Below, piece after piece: positions 13,331-23,729 of a DNA stretch of 64,000 nt. The notes below the pieces were generated by a model, which saw only the letters and a program-made list of their open reading frames with translations, was not told the origin of the DNA and searched no databases. Origin of the DNA: an uncultured Actinomycetes bacterium (GTDB taxonomy: Bacteria; Actinomycetota; Thermoleophilia; RBG-16-64-13); assembly GCA_963706025.1 (NCBI GenBank), contig CAVPLM010000017.1, positions 1,709 through 65,708 on the forward strand, in the 5' to 3' direction. The translations under genes were made by a program, and so were the position numbers. The stretch's first letter is position 1. Each line of letters opens with the position of its first letter.

Positions 13331-14167
13331 TGATCAAATCGCTGTTGGTGCCCATCGACTCGTCCGCCCATGCTCGGGCCGCACTGGATCATGCCTTGGG
13401 GCTCGGCAAGCTCTACAAGGCCAGGTTGACCGGCCTGTACGTTCTCGATATCCGATACTTGGAGATGCCGCCCTATCTCGACTATTCCTACACCTTCGAG
13501 GCAGTGCCTCCGACTCTCGTCACTCTCGACGTCATGGAGAAGTTCAGGGTCAAGAGCGAACGCATCCTCAACGATTTCCGCGAGGCGGTCGAGAGGGCGG
13601 GGCTATCGGTGGAGACTCGCACCGAGGAAGGGGTCCCGAGCCAGGTGATAGCCGATGTCGGAGACTCTCACGACCTGGTCGTGATGGGCAAGCGAGGCGA
13701 GCATGCCAAGTGGGGTCGCGATCTTCTGGGTTCGACTGCTGAGCAGGTAGCCCGCCATTCGGCGACGCCGGTGTTCTTGGCGGAGGGCGATTCCCGGCCC
13801 ATGGACAGAGCGCTGGTCCTCTTCGACGGCAGCCATCCGGCGAACCGGGCCCTCAAGCTGGCGGCCGATGTGGCCGCACATAGCGGTATGAGATTGAAGG
13901 TCGTGACCGCGGACGACGACGCCTCCCAAGGACAGTTCACTCAGGAAGAGGCCAAAGCCTATCTGGAACCGCGCGGCCTCGAGGTTACGTACACGGTGGT
14001 GCCCGGGCGGGCGGCCAAGGCCGCCGCGGGCCTCCTGGCAGAGGAGCCTGCCGACCTGGTGATACTGGGCATGCGTGGTCACTCGGCGCTCCACAATCTC
14101 ATCCTGGGTAGCACGGCCGAGCATCTGCTGCGCTCGGTGGAGACTCCCGGTCCTTCTCGTGCCATGA
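13330..14167 (+). pseudogene. Tandem universal stress protein (UspA family), C-terminus shifted by one base
   Basis: Two USP repeats (LLVPIDSSAHA..., VLFDGSHPANRAL...GSTAEHLLRSVETP). Removing one C from the CCC at 14146-14148 gives the typical ending ...ETPVLLVP with stop at 14165-14167. Confidence 0.65.
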
Positions 14168-15180
14168 CCGCCGTGGACATGAGAATACGGGTGCTCACGC
14201 CCGACGGCAGCCGGGATCTGGCACCGGAAGACCTGCCGGCTGTGCTCGCCGGGCTGGCGGCACCCGGCTGCCCGATCACCTGGGTCCACGCCGATCTGCA
14301 GGCACCCGTGGTCCAGGCGCTCGACGACATGGGCCTGGATGAGATCGCGGTCAAGAGCCTGCGCGATGGACCGGAACGTCCCCGTGTGGAGGAGTTCGCC
14401 GACCATCTCTACATCTCCCTTTTCTCAGCCGAGACGCCGATAGGCCGCGCCAAGAGCCCTTCCGCCGGCGTTGAGCCGGTCGCAGCAAGGGTCGACCCTG
14501 CTTGAGCTGCGGGAACTGAGGCTGTTCCTCGGTCCCGGTGGCTCATATCGGTCGGGCGCGTCGACGATGCCGACTACGAGACTCTCGCGGACAGGATGAG
14601 ACGGCAGGTGTTCTCGCGGGAGAGGGGGGCCAGTTTCATCGCCTATCACATCTGTGAGTGGCTGGTGGAGAGCCTGCAGCCGGCCCTGGAGCGACTGGAC
14701 GACCGGATAGACGCTCTGGAGGACCAGGTGATACTGGCCACCGGCGAGGCTTCCATGCAGGAGCTGTTCGGCCTCAAGCGCGATCTTGTCGACCTGCGCA
14801 GGCGGGTGGCGCCTTTGCGGGACGTGATGCAGCGGCTGGGGTCGCACGGGGTGCTCTATGTGGAGCCTGAGGCCGAGGTCTACTTCCGCGACGTGCACGA
14901 CGACGTCATGCGGGACATCGAGCTCCTCGACACCTATCGCGACATCCTTTCGTCGGCCCTGGATCTGCACCTCTCCAGCGTGTCCAACCGGCTGAACCGG
15001 GTGATGAAGCAGTTGGCCGTGGTGGCCACCATGTTCATGCCCCTGTCGTTCATCGTCGGCCTGTTCGGCACCAACTTCTTCGGCATGCCCTACAGGAGCA
15101 ATACCTGGTTCGTCATCATGTTCGTGCTCATGTTCATCTCGGTCGTGGCCATGCTGGTCTATACGTGGCGGAGGGCCTGA
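14164..15180 (+). pseudogene. corA: CorA-family divalent-cation transporter, at least 2 frameshifts
   Basis: N-terminal cytoplasmic domain in the 13330 frame after ATG 14164. C-terminal part in ORF 14596..15180 with two TM helices and FGTNF in place of the canonical GMN. Confidence 0.7.
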
Positions 15181-15198
15181 GTCATCGGCGGCCCGGAT

Positions 15199-16101
15199 GT
15201 GATCGCGCGCCGGTCGATGCGACCGGATGGTCTCCCGCCGGGCCCGGTGGTGAAGATCTGCGGCCTCACCCGGGCGGAGGATGTCGTCTTGGCCCGCGAC
15301 CTGGGAGCCTGGGCGCTGGGCTTCGTGTTCGCGCCCAGCCCGCGCCGGCTCACGCCGGCCGCGGCTCGGGAGCTTGTCGACCGTGTCGCGGCGACCCTCT
15401 GTCCAGCGCCGGGATCTTCGTCGGGCCTGTGCGCTGGGCGGCCCCTGCGTACAAGCGGCGACCGCAGCTCCTCTCGCCGTCGGCGTGTTCGGAGACGTGC
15501 CGGCCGCGGAAGTCGCGCGGATCGTGGAGCAGGTGGGGCTGGACGCGGTGCAATTGCACGGGGGATCGGGGCCCGAGGCCGGGTTGGTCAGGGAAGCGCT
15601 GGCAGGGTGGGAACCTCCTTTGCGGCTCGCCGGTCCGTGTCCGGTCGCAGGGCGGTCCGAGGGCGGCTCGAACCCCAGCCAGCCCCCGACAGGTTCTGCG
15701 CCCGAAGAAGGGTCGCTCGGCGTCTTGATCATCCAGGCCGTCCCGGTGGCTCTCGCCAGAATGACCGGGGCGCTCTCCGGGATTTGGTCGAGCGCGCGCG
15801 TGCCGGCGCCGACCTGGTCCTGCTCGACACCCGGGACGGCGGGGCGCTTCGGAGGTACCGGCACCCCCTTCCCCTGGGGACTGGCTCGAGAATCAGCGGT
15901 AGGGTCTCCGCTCCTGGTGGCCGGAGGCATCGATCCGGACAACGTGCTGGCGGCCCTGGAGGAATCCTCCGCTTGGGGGGTGGACGTGTCGAGTGGGGTG
16001 GAGGTGTCGCCGGGAGTCAAGGATGCCCGACTCATGGAACGGCTCTTTGCCCAGGTGGCTGAGGCGCGGCGCGCCGCCACTCGCGCGGATGGACCACGGA
16101 C

Positions 16102-16105
<4 letters not shown>
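15199..16105 (+). pseudogene. trpF: Phosphoribosylanthranilate isomerase, several frameshifts
   Basis: VKICGLTRAEDV (ORF 15199), GVFGDV...GLDAVQLHG and FGGTGTPFPW...LLVAGGIDPDNV...GVDVSSGVE (ORF 15281..16105). Longer than usual. Confidence 0.7.
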
Positions 16106-17284
<1,179 letters not shown>

Positions 17285-17288
<4 letters not shown>

Positions 17289-18085
17289 GCGCTCTCACCG
17301 AGGTCTTCCGAGATGCCGGGCACCCACTGCTCATGCCGTACGCGGTAGGTGGCTATCCCGATCCGGACTCGTGTCTCGAGATCCTCCGTACCTATGCCCA
17401 AAACGGGGCCGGCATCATCGAACTGGGGATACCCTTCTCTGATCCACTGGCCGATGGGCCTGTGATCCAAGCGGCCTCGCAGGTGGCGCTCCGGCAGGGG
17501 GTGCGGCCGGCACAGGTGCTCGATCTGGCCGGCCAAGCTGCCGGTGAGGGCGCGAAGGTAGTCCTTCTCAGCTATCTCAACACCATCCTGGCTCTGGGGG
17601 CCGCTGAGTTCTTCGACCGCTGTCGCGATCGCGGTGTCCTTGGGGTGGTGATACCCGACCTCCCGGTGGAAGAGGCCGGGGAGTTGCAGGCCGTCGCCGG
17701 GGCCAGGGGAGTGGACCTGATCCTGCTTGCGGCTCCCACCAGCACGGACGCACGGCTGGCCCGCATCGCCGCGGCGGCCTCGGGTTTCATCTACTGCGTG
17801 TCCACCACCGGAGTGACGGGGACCAGGGCCGCGCTCCAAACCGGTCTCCCTGAGTTCGTGGCCCGGATCCGGCGGCACACCGACCTGCCTCTGGCGGTGG
17901 GATTCGGCGTGTCGACCGTAGAACAGGCGGCCACAGTGGCAACGTACGCCGATGGCGTCATCATCGGTAGCGCCTTGGTCGAGATGGTGGCCGCCGGCGA
18001 GGGCTTGGCCGCCTCTTTGGTCCGTATCGGCTCCTTCCTCCGGGAGACGGACGCGGCCATCGAGGCGACGAGAAAAGCCGGGTGA
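17285..18085 (+). CDS. trpA: Tryptophan synthase alpha chain
   Basis: GTG 17285 overlaps the trpB stop (GTGA). ELGIPFSDPLADGPVIQ, YCVSTTGVTG, GFGV motifs. Intact. Confidence 0.9.
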
Positions 18086-18127
18086 GGATACAGATGCGAC
18101 TGAAGCGCCGGGTGAGGGCGCCTCTCC

Positions 18128-18628
18128 CTACTGGGTGATAAGGATGCCCTCGGTCGTAAGGTAGTCTTTGAGCGCCTGCGGCCGCACCCCGTACAGCCCT
18201 GAAAGATAGGCCAAGTCGTCCTTGCGGATGGTCAGCAGGTCGCGGGAGGGATCGTTCCTCAGTTCCCGGAGGAATCCCAAGTAAGTCTCCAGAGGCCGCC
18301 GCTCCTCAGGGGCCAACCTGTCCAGATGGTCAAGGCGGATGCGAAGCGGTCCGTTGCGGGTGAGGGTGCGCTGGAACTCGGCGTCGTCTTCTATGTCGAG
18401 CAGAGACATGGGTGACTGGCCGTAGATGGAGGCCAGCTCGTAGAGCCGCTCGAGGCTGAGGCTGCGCTTTCCGCGCTCATAGGCGCTGAGCGTCGACACC
18501 ACGAAGGAGCCGCCCGACCGTTCGCAGACCTCCTGCAGGCTGAGGCCTCGGTCTTGGCGCAACCGGCGCAGCTTCTCGCCTACCAGTTCCGCGTAGCGCT
18601 TCTCTGTCGCTTCCTGCGCTCTCTCCAT
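18128..18628 (-). CDS. XRE-family helix-turn-helix transcriptional regulator
   Basis: 166 aa. LRRLRQDRGLSLQEVCERSG...STLSAYERGKRSLSLERL is a typical HTH_3 pattern. Convergent with trpA. Confidence 0.7.
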   Translation of the reverse strand: MERAQEATEKRYAELVGEKLRRLRQDRGLSLQEVCERSGGSFVVSTLSAYERGKRSLSLERLYELASIYGQSPMSLLDIEDDAEFQRTLTRNGPLRIRLDHLDRLAPEERRPLETYLGFLRELRNDPSRDLLTIRKDDLAYLSGLYGVRPQALKDYLTTEGILITQ

Positions 18629-18795
18629 AGCAATGAGTGTAGCAGCACTCCCTCAGGATATCTATACCTTTTTTTATGCAACGACAGCGTCGTCTCTCAC
18701 GCCTTGACTCTTGTTTCGTGAGGTCCGTGGAGATTCCTTCCCTGTCCTCCTCGGTCGTGAGCCCGAAACCGCTCGAACAGGGGAGGGAAAGCCGA

Positions 18796-18881
18796 TGCCG
18801 AAGGCGGGGGTCGAACCCGCACGAGGTGTGAGCCTCACTGGAGTTTGAGTCCAGCGCGTCTGCCAATTCCGCCACTTCGGC
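18796..18881 (-). tRNA. tRNA-Leu (anticodon CAA), class II with long variable arm
   Basis: Hand-folded: acceptor GCCGAAG/CTTCGGC, anticodon stem CTGGA/TCCAG with loop CTCAAAC, variable arm GAGG..CCTC, T-arm GCGGG-TTCGACC-CCCGC, discriminator A. CCA is not encoded. Confidence 0.85.
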
Positions 18882-19270
18882 GCATCCGTGAACAGCAGGT
18901 AGCGGCGAATATTATAGTCGACGGCGACCGGATCCCATGGGCGTGGGCAAAAAGCCGTCCCCGAAGGCCCCGGACTGAGGAGCCGGGAACGTCCTGTGCG
19001 TGCCGAGCTTCCGCGGCCGGGCCTCCTTATGCAGCGGAATCGCATTCCATCAAGCGGGATGGAACCATGCACAACCCCTGGAGTGGCGCGGCTGTCCTTA
19101 TCCTTCGAATCCGAAATGATGTAGAGTAGAAATCACACTCGTACCTTACCCGAGTGGAGTTAGGATCCATCATCTTGGGTATTTCTCTTACTGCCCGTCG
19201 AGGTCGTTGTGGTGCGTCCACACGATCGGGCGTCCAGGTAGGCAGGAAACTGAAGCGTGGAGGTTGACGT

Positions 19271-20095
19271 ATGGAGAAACTCATCATCACCGTGGCGACG
19301 ACCGGAGCCATGACCACCAAGGACAACACACCTTATCTGGCCACGGCTCCCGAGGAAATAGCCGAAGAAGTCTACATGGCCTACCAGGCCGGCGCCTCGA
19401 TCGCTCACATCCACGTGCGCACGGACGAGGGCAAGGCCACCATGGACATGGATAAGTTCCGCCAGACCGTCGGCCTAGTCCGGGAGAGGTGCGACATCAT
19501 CATCAACATGACCTCGTCCGGGGGCCTCGGCTTCAGCGATGAAGAGCGCATCGCTCCTCACCTCGAGCTCAAGCCCGACATGGGCACTTTCGACGCCGGC
19601 TCCATGAATTTCTACAAGGGGGTGTTTCTGAACCCCCCCGGTTTTCTGGAGAAGTTGGGCACGGCCTACATCGAGAACGGCATCAAGCCGGAGGTCGAGG
19701 TTTTCGACGCCGGCATGGTCTGGAACGCCAAGCGCCTGCTGAAGGACGGCTTCCTGAAGGCTCCCATTCACTTCCAGTGCTGTCTGCAGGTGCACGGGGG
19801 TATGGAAGGGACTCCCAAGAACCTTCTGCATCTGGTCGAGTCCCTTCCGCCGGGGTCTACCTGGTCGGCCTTCGGCTGCGGTCCCACCGCCCTCGCCATC
19901 ACCACCATGGCCCTCCATATGGGCGGCCACGTGCGCGTGGGTATGGAGGACAATGTCTACTTGACCAAAGGCGTGCTCGCGAAGCACAACTACGAGTTCA
20001 TAGAGAGGGTCCAGCGTCTGGCTAAGGAATTCGAGCGGCCGGTGGCCACTGTGGCCGAAGCCCGCGAGATACTTGGACTGCCGCCCAAGAAGTAA
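19271..20095 (+). CDS. BKACE-family beta-keto-acid cleavage enzyme; candidate triacetate acetoacetate-lyase
   Basis: 274 aa. IITVATTGA...APEEIAEE...AGASIAHIHVR...MTSSGG...GGHVRVGMEDN is the Kce/DUF849 TIM-barrel pattern. Confidence 0.8.
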   Translation: MEKLIITVATTGAMTTKDNTPYLATAPEEIAEEVYMAYQAGASIAHIHVRTDEGKATMDMDKFRQTVGLVRERCDIIINMTSSGGLGFSDEERIAPHLELKPDMGTFDAGSMNFYKGVFLNPPGFLEKLGTAYIENGIKPEVEVFDAGMVWNAKRLLKDGFLKAPIHFQCCLQVHGGMEGTPKNLLHLVESLPPGSTWSAFGCGPTALAITTMALHMGGHVRVGMEDNVYLTKGVLAKHNYEFIERVQRLAKEFERPVATVAEAREILGLPPKK

Positions 20096-20177
20096 GGTGT
20101 CATACCGTCCCGGTCGCGGGGAGGGTTGCCGGATCGAAATTGCGACGACGGTCGCGGAAGGCAGGAGCGAGGGAAGG

Positions 20178-20520
20178 ATGAAAAAGGTCTCGGTTAGTGA
20201 AGCAGTGGAGTATGTGGCCCCCAAACACCACGGTTGCACCACGCTGCGGCTACAGGGTAAGGATGAGACGGGTATCTCGAAGTTCTCGGTAGGCTATTCG
20301 CATTTCCTGCCGGGCGGCGGAGCCGACTTCGACGCTTCCCCGACAGAGAAGGTCTATTTCTGCACTGCCGGTGAGATCACCATCACCGACAAGGACGGCA
20401 AGGACATAGTCCTCAAGCCGTTCGACTCGATCTTCATCGGTCGCCGACGAAGGCCGGTCCGTCAAGAACAAGACGCAGTTTCCCGCCAGCATGCTGGTGG
20501 TGATCAACTACCCGGCCTAA
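20178..20520 (+). pseudogene. Small cupin-domain protein, one frameshift near 20440
   Basis: ATG 20178 behind GGGAAGG. The beta-barrel-like sequence ...GYSHFLPGGGADFDASPTEKVYFCTAGEITI continues in another frame to ...MLVVINYPA with stop at 20518-20520. Confidence 0.5.
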
Positions 20521-20596
20521 GGCTGGATCCGAGGCAGGACCTGGAGCCGTGACGGATGTCACGAGCAGCGTGTGAACATGAATCTGGAGGAGAGAA

Positions 20597-21397
20597 ATGG
20601 CTGAACCAGCAAGACTGACGGTTGACGAGCTCCGTAACATCTTCGATCTGACCGGCAAAGTGGCGGTAGTGACCGGCGGGGGCGGTGCGCTCGGCCAGGC
20701 CTGCGCGAGAGGTCTGGCAGCGCACGGCGCCGATGTCGCCGTCGTCGACCTGAAGGTCGACCTCATGGACACGATCGTCTCGGAGATCACCGCCTTGGGC
20801 CGCAAGGCAGTCCCGTACGGGTGCAACGTTACCGACGAGGCCGGTGTCCAGGGCGTGATGGACGGTGTCGCCAAGGAATTCGGGAAGGTGGACATCCTCG
20901 TCACCACGGCGGGCATCGCCGGGAACCGCCAACCCGCCGAGACGTTCGACATGGCCGAATGGCAGAAGGTGATGGACGTCAACGTCCGCGGCACCCTCCT
21001 TTGCGCGAAGGCCGCCAGCGGCTACATGATCAAGCAGGGCGGGGGCAAGGTCGTCACCATCGGCTCGGTACGGGGCTTCCTCGGCCATCCCGGCGGGTAT
21101 GCGGCATACGGCACTTCCAAGGGTGCCGTTCAGCTGCTCACCAAACAGCTGGCGACTGAGTGGGCGAAGTATCACATCAACGTGAACTCCATCGCCCCCG
21201 CCATCTTCTGGACGCCGCTTACGCAGCAGATCCTCGACGACCCGAAGATGTATGAGCTCTTCATGCAGCGTATTCCCTGGGGCCGGGCCGCAATACCGGA
21301 CGATTTCGTGGGTGCCGTCGTCTATCTCTCGTCTCGAGCCTCTGATTTCGTGACCGGTCTCATCCTGTCCGTCGACGGCGGCGCGGTGGCCGGATGA
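20597..21397 (+). CDS. Short-chain dehydrogenase/reductase; candidate phloroglucinol reductase
   Basis: 266 aa. TGGGGALG Rossmann motif and YGTSK catalytic motif. Stop overlaps the next gene. Confidence 0.8.
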   Translation: MAEPARLTVDELRNIFDLTGKVAVVTGGGGALGQACARGLAAHGADVAVVDLKVDLMDTIVSEITALGRKAVPYGCNVTDEAGVQGVMDGVAKEFGKVDILVTTAGIAGNRQPAETFDMAEWQKVMDVNVRGTLLCAKAASGYMIKQGGGKVVTIGSVRGFLGHPGGYAAYGTSKGAVQLLTKQLATEWAKYHINVNSIAPAIFWTPLTQQILDDPKMYELFMQRIPWGRAAIPDDFVGAVVYLSSRASDFVTGLILSVDGGAVAG

Positions 21398-22356
21398 TGA
21401 AGCTGGAAGATGTCAAGAGGATCGCCATTATCGGTGGCGGCAACATGGGCCACGGCTGCGCCATGGTGTTTGCCGGCGCCGGCTACCCGGTCGGTCTCTA
21501 CAGCCGCAGGGCCGAGACTCTGCAGAAGGCCGTCGAAGGCATGCGCGCCGACCTGACTTTCTTGGCCGAACGTGGTCTCGGAAAGCTCGAGGAAGTCGAG
21601 GCGACCATGGCCCGCGTGACGACCACGCAGGTCATGGAAGAAGCGGCCGCCGATGCCGACTTCGTGCTGGAGTGCGTCGCCGAGGATATGGCCCTCAAAC
21701 AGGACACCTTCCAGAAGCTGGACCAGATGTGCAAGCCGGATGCGATCCTGGCCACGAACACCTCGGTGATGAGCCCGACTGAGATCGCGAGCAAGTCGGC
21801 CATAAGGCAGAGGATCCTGGGCACCCACTGGTGGAACCCGCCCTTCCTGATCCCGCTCGTCGAGGTAGTGCAGACGGAAGAGACGCCACCCTGGGTGATC
21901 GATGTCACGATGGATCTTCATCGTGCGATCGGCAAGCACCCGGTGCATTGCCGCAAGGACGTGCCCGGCTTTGTCGCGAACAGGCTGCAGCACGCGCTGT
22001 GGCGGGAGGCCGTGTCGATCGTGGAGCGGGGCATCGCCGACGCCGCCACCGTGGACGAGAGTCTCAAGTACGGCCCGGGTCTCAGGTTGCCCGTGCTGGC
22101 TCCGCTCGAGAACGCCGACATGGTCGGCCTGGACCTTACCCTGTCCATACACAGCTATGTGCTAAAACACCTGGAGGATTCCCACGAGCCTTCCCCGCTC
22201 CTCAAGGAGAAGGTGGAGAAGGGCGAGCTGGGCTTCAAGACCGGCGGGGTCGGGTTCCAGGAATGGACGCCGGAGGCGCAGAAGGCGCTGCGCGCCAATC
22301 TACTCACCTACTTGACCAAGGCCGTCCGTGAGATGAAGGAGGCCGAGGCCACGTAA
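21394..22356 (+). CDS. 3-hydroxyacyl-CoA-dehydrogenase-family NAD(P) oxidoreductase; candidate 3-hydroxy-5-oxohexanoate dehydrogenase
   Basis: 320 aa. IAIIGGGNMGHG N-terminal Rossmann fold, HWWNPP and ENADMVGLD C-terminal domain motifs. Overlaps the SDR stop (ATGA). Confidence 0.75.
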   Translation: MMKLEDVKRIAIIGGGNMGHGCAMVFAGAGYPVGLYSRRAETLQKAVEGMRADLTFLAERGLGKLEEVEATMARVTTTQVMEEAAADADFVLECVAEDMALKQDTFQKLDQMCKPDAILATNTSVMSPTEIASKSAIRQRILGTHWWNPPFLIPLVEVVQTEETPPWVIDVTMDLHRAIGKHPVHCRKDVPGFVANRLQHALWREAVSIVERGIADAATVDESLKYGPGLRLPVLAPLENADMVGLDLTLSIHSYVLKHLEDSHEPSPLLKEKVEKGELGFKTGGVGFQEWTPEAQKALRANLLTYLTKAVREMKEAEAT

Positions 22357-22461
22357 CGGCCGGCGCGCCACGAAGAGCGAGCCGGCGACGACGGACAATC
22401 CGGGCGCACTGGACGCCCGTATGTCGAAACTGTAACGAGAAGAAGGAGAAAAAGGAACACC

Positions 22462-23421
22462 ATGGGAAAGAAAGTATTCGTAGACCTGACCCATCCATTC
22501 AGTGCGGAGATTCCTCGCTGGCCGTATTTCGTTAAGCCGGTCATCGATTCGATGCACACCTTGGCAAAGGGCGGCGTCCTCACGCAGAGAGTCGATTGTG
22601 TTCAGCACACAGGTACTCATGCGGACGCACCTCGTCACGTTATGGAACGCGAATTCAACGGCAAAAGAGCTCGTTATACCCATGAAATGCCTGTTGACGC
22701 GTACACGGGTGACGCAGTCTGCCTCGAGATCAAGATCCACAAGTGGGGCCTGATCCTGCCCGAGCATCTCGAGGATGCCTGCAAGAGGGCGAACATCAAG
22801 CCGGAAGAGCTCAAGGGCATGGTTGTCTGCCTGAATACCGGCATGCATCGCCTGTTCGACGACTCCAAAGACTACTACCACTATGCCTGCGGTACCGGCG
22901 TCGAGGCCGGCAAGTGGTTCGTGAAGCACCAGGTCAAGTGCGTTGCCATGGATTCGCAGGCACTGGATCATCCGCTTCATACGGCTATGGGCAAAAACGG
23001 CCCACCGCAGATGAATCTGCCCGGAGCTTCGGGCAAGCCTATCACGGTAGAATATGCCGAGCAGTTCGGTGAAGAAGCGTATGCCGAATTTGAGAAAGCG
23101 GCCTACATCAAGCTGCATGGCCAAGCCGCTTATGATGCCAAATTCGGTGATCTCGAAGCGCTTGGAAATGAGGGAACCTGGGAACCCTGCCACAAGCAGA
23201 TGCTGGGTCACGGCATCGTCGGCGTCGAGAACCTGGGCGGAGACTTGGACAAGGTGTCCGGCAAGCGCTTCCGCTTCTTCTGCTTCCCGATCCGCTGGTA
23301 CATGGGTGACGGCTCGATGGTCCGCTGCGTGGCCGAGATCGACGAAGACGACCTGAACGACGTTCCGGATAGGACGTACACGTACTGCGGTACTGGGTAC
23401 GGCCCGATCTCCGGTTATTGA
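22462..23421 (+). CDS. Cyclase-family (kynurenine-formamidase-like) metal hydrolase; candidate dihydrophloroglucinol cyclohydrolase
   Basis: 319 aa. VDLTHPF and QHTGTHADAPRH (HxGTHxDxPxH) motifs. RBS AAGGAG upstream. GC about 50-55 % in the stretches I counted, lower than its surroundings. Confidence 0.75.
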   Translation: MGKKVFVDLTHPFSAEIPRWPYFVKPVIDSMHTLAKGGVLTQRVDCVQHTGTHADAPRHVMEREFNGKRARYTHEMPVDAYTGDAVCLEIKIHKWGLILPEHLEDACKRANIKPEELKGMVVCLNTGMHRLFDDSKDYYHYACGTGVEAGKWFVKHQVKCVAMDSQALDHPLHTAMGKNGPPQMNLPGASGKPITVEYAEQFGEEAYAEFEKAAYIKLHGQAAYDAKFGDLEALGNEGTWEPCHKQMLGHGIVGVENLGGDLDKVSGKRFRFFCFPIRWYMGDGSMVRCVAEIDEDDLNDVPDRTYTYCGTGYGPISGY

Positions 23422-23486
23422 CATTCGGTCCGGCCTCGCTCGTCGTAAGGCGAGGGGGTCGGTCCGGTACGGAATGTTGTATGCAG

Positions 23487-23512
23487 CCCCCCGCCGGTTA
23501 TTCGGCGGGGGG
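23487..23512 (+). terminator. Rho-independent terminator after the cyclase-family gene
   Basis: CCCCCCGCCG-gttatt-CGGCGGGGGG (10-bp perfect stem) followed by CTTTCTTG. Confidence 0.6.
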
Positions 23513-23729
23513 CTTTCTTGGTGCGGCTCCCGCTCCCCCGACAGCGGTTCACTTGCTGGGATGTTATTCCGCAGAACGGGATACTGCATTGAGAAGCCTG
23601 CGGGATGCCCGTGGAGACCGCGGGTGCCCGTGGGTTTCGCGTGTAGAATGAAGCCGATACCAGAGTCCGAGTGCCGGTCGTGCCACAGGGGGCAAGGGCC
23701 GCAACAAGGTGAACGGAGGTAAGGCACGC

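Noticed and set aside
19271-22356. The BKACE plus 3-hydroxyacyl-CoA-DH-like pair as a carnitine dehydrogenase/dehydrocarnitine-cleavage module, which would fit a methylamine theme
   Set aside because: The pair is embedded with an SDR and a cyclase-family hydrolase and sits directly upstream of transhydroxylase homologues. That matches the phloroglucinol route better. The carnitine reading cannot be fully excluded without sequence searches.
23513-23729. Moco riboswitch in the 217-nt leader of alpha1
   Set aside because: I could not match the conserved Moco-motif elements from memory. If the TAGAAT box at 23644-23649 is the -10 element, the remaining 5' UTR (~75 nt) is too short for that riboswitch. 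A covariance-model scan (Rfam Moco RNA motif) would be needed.
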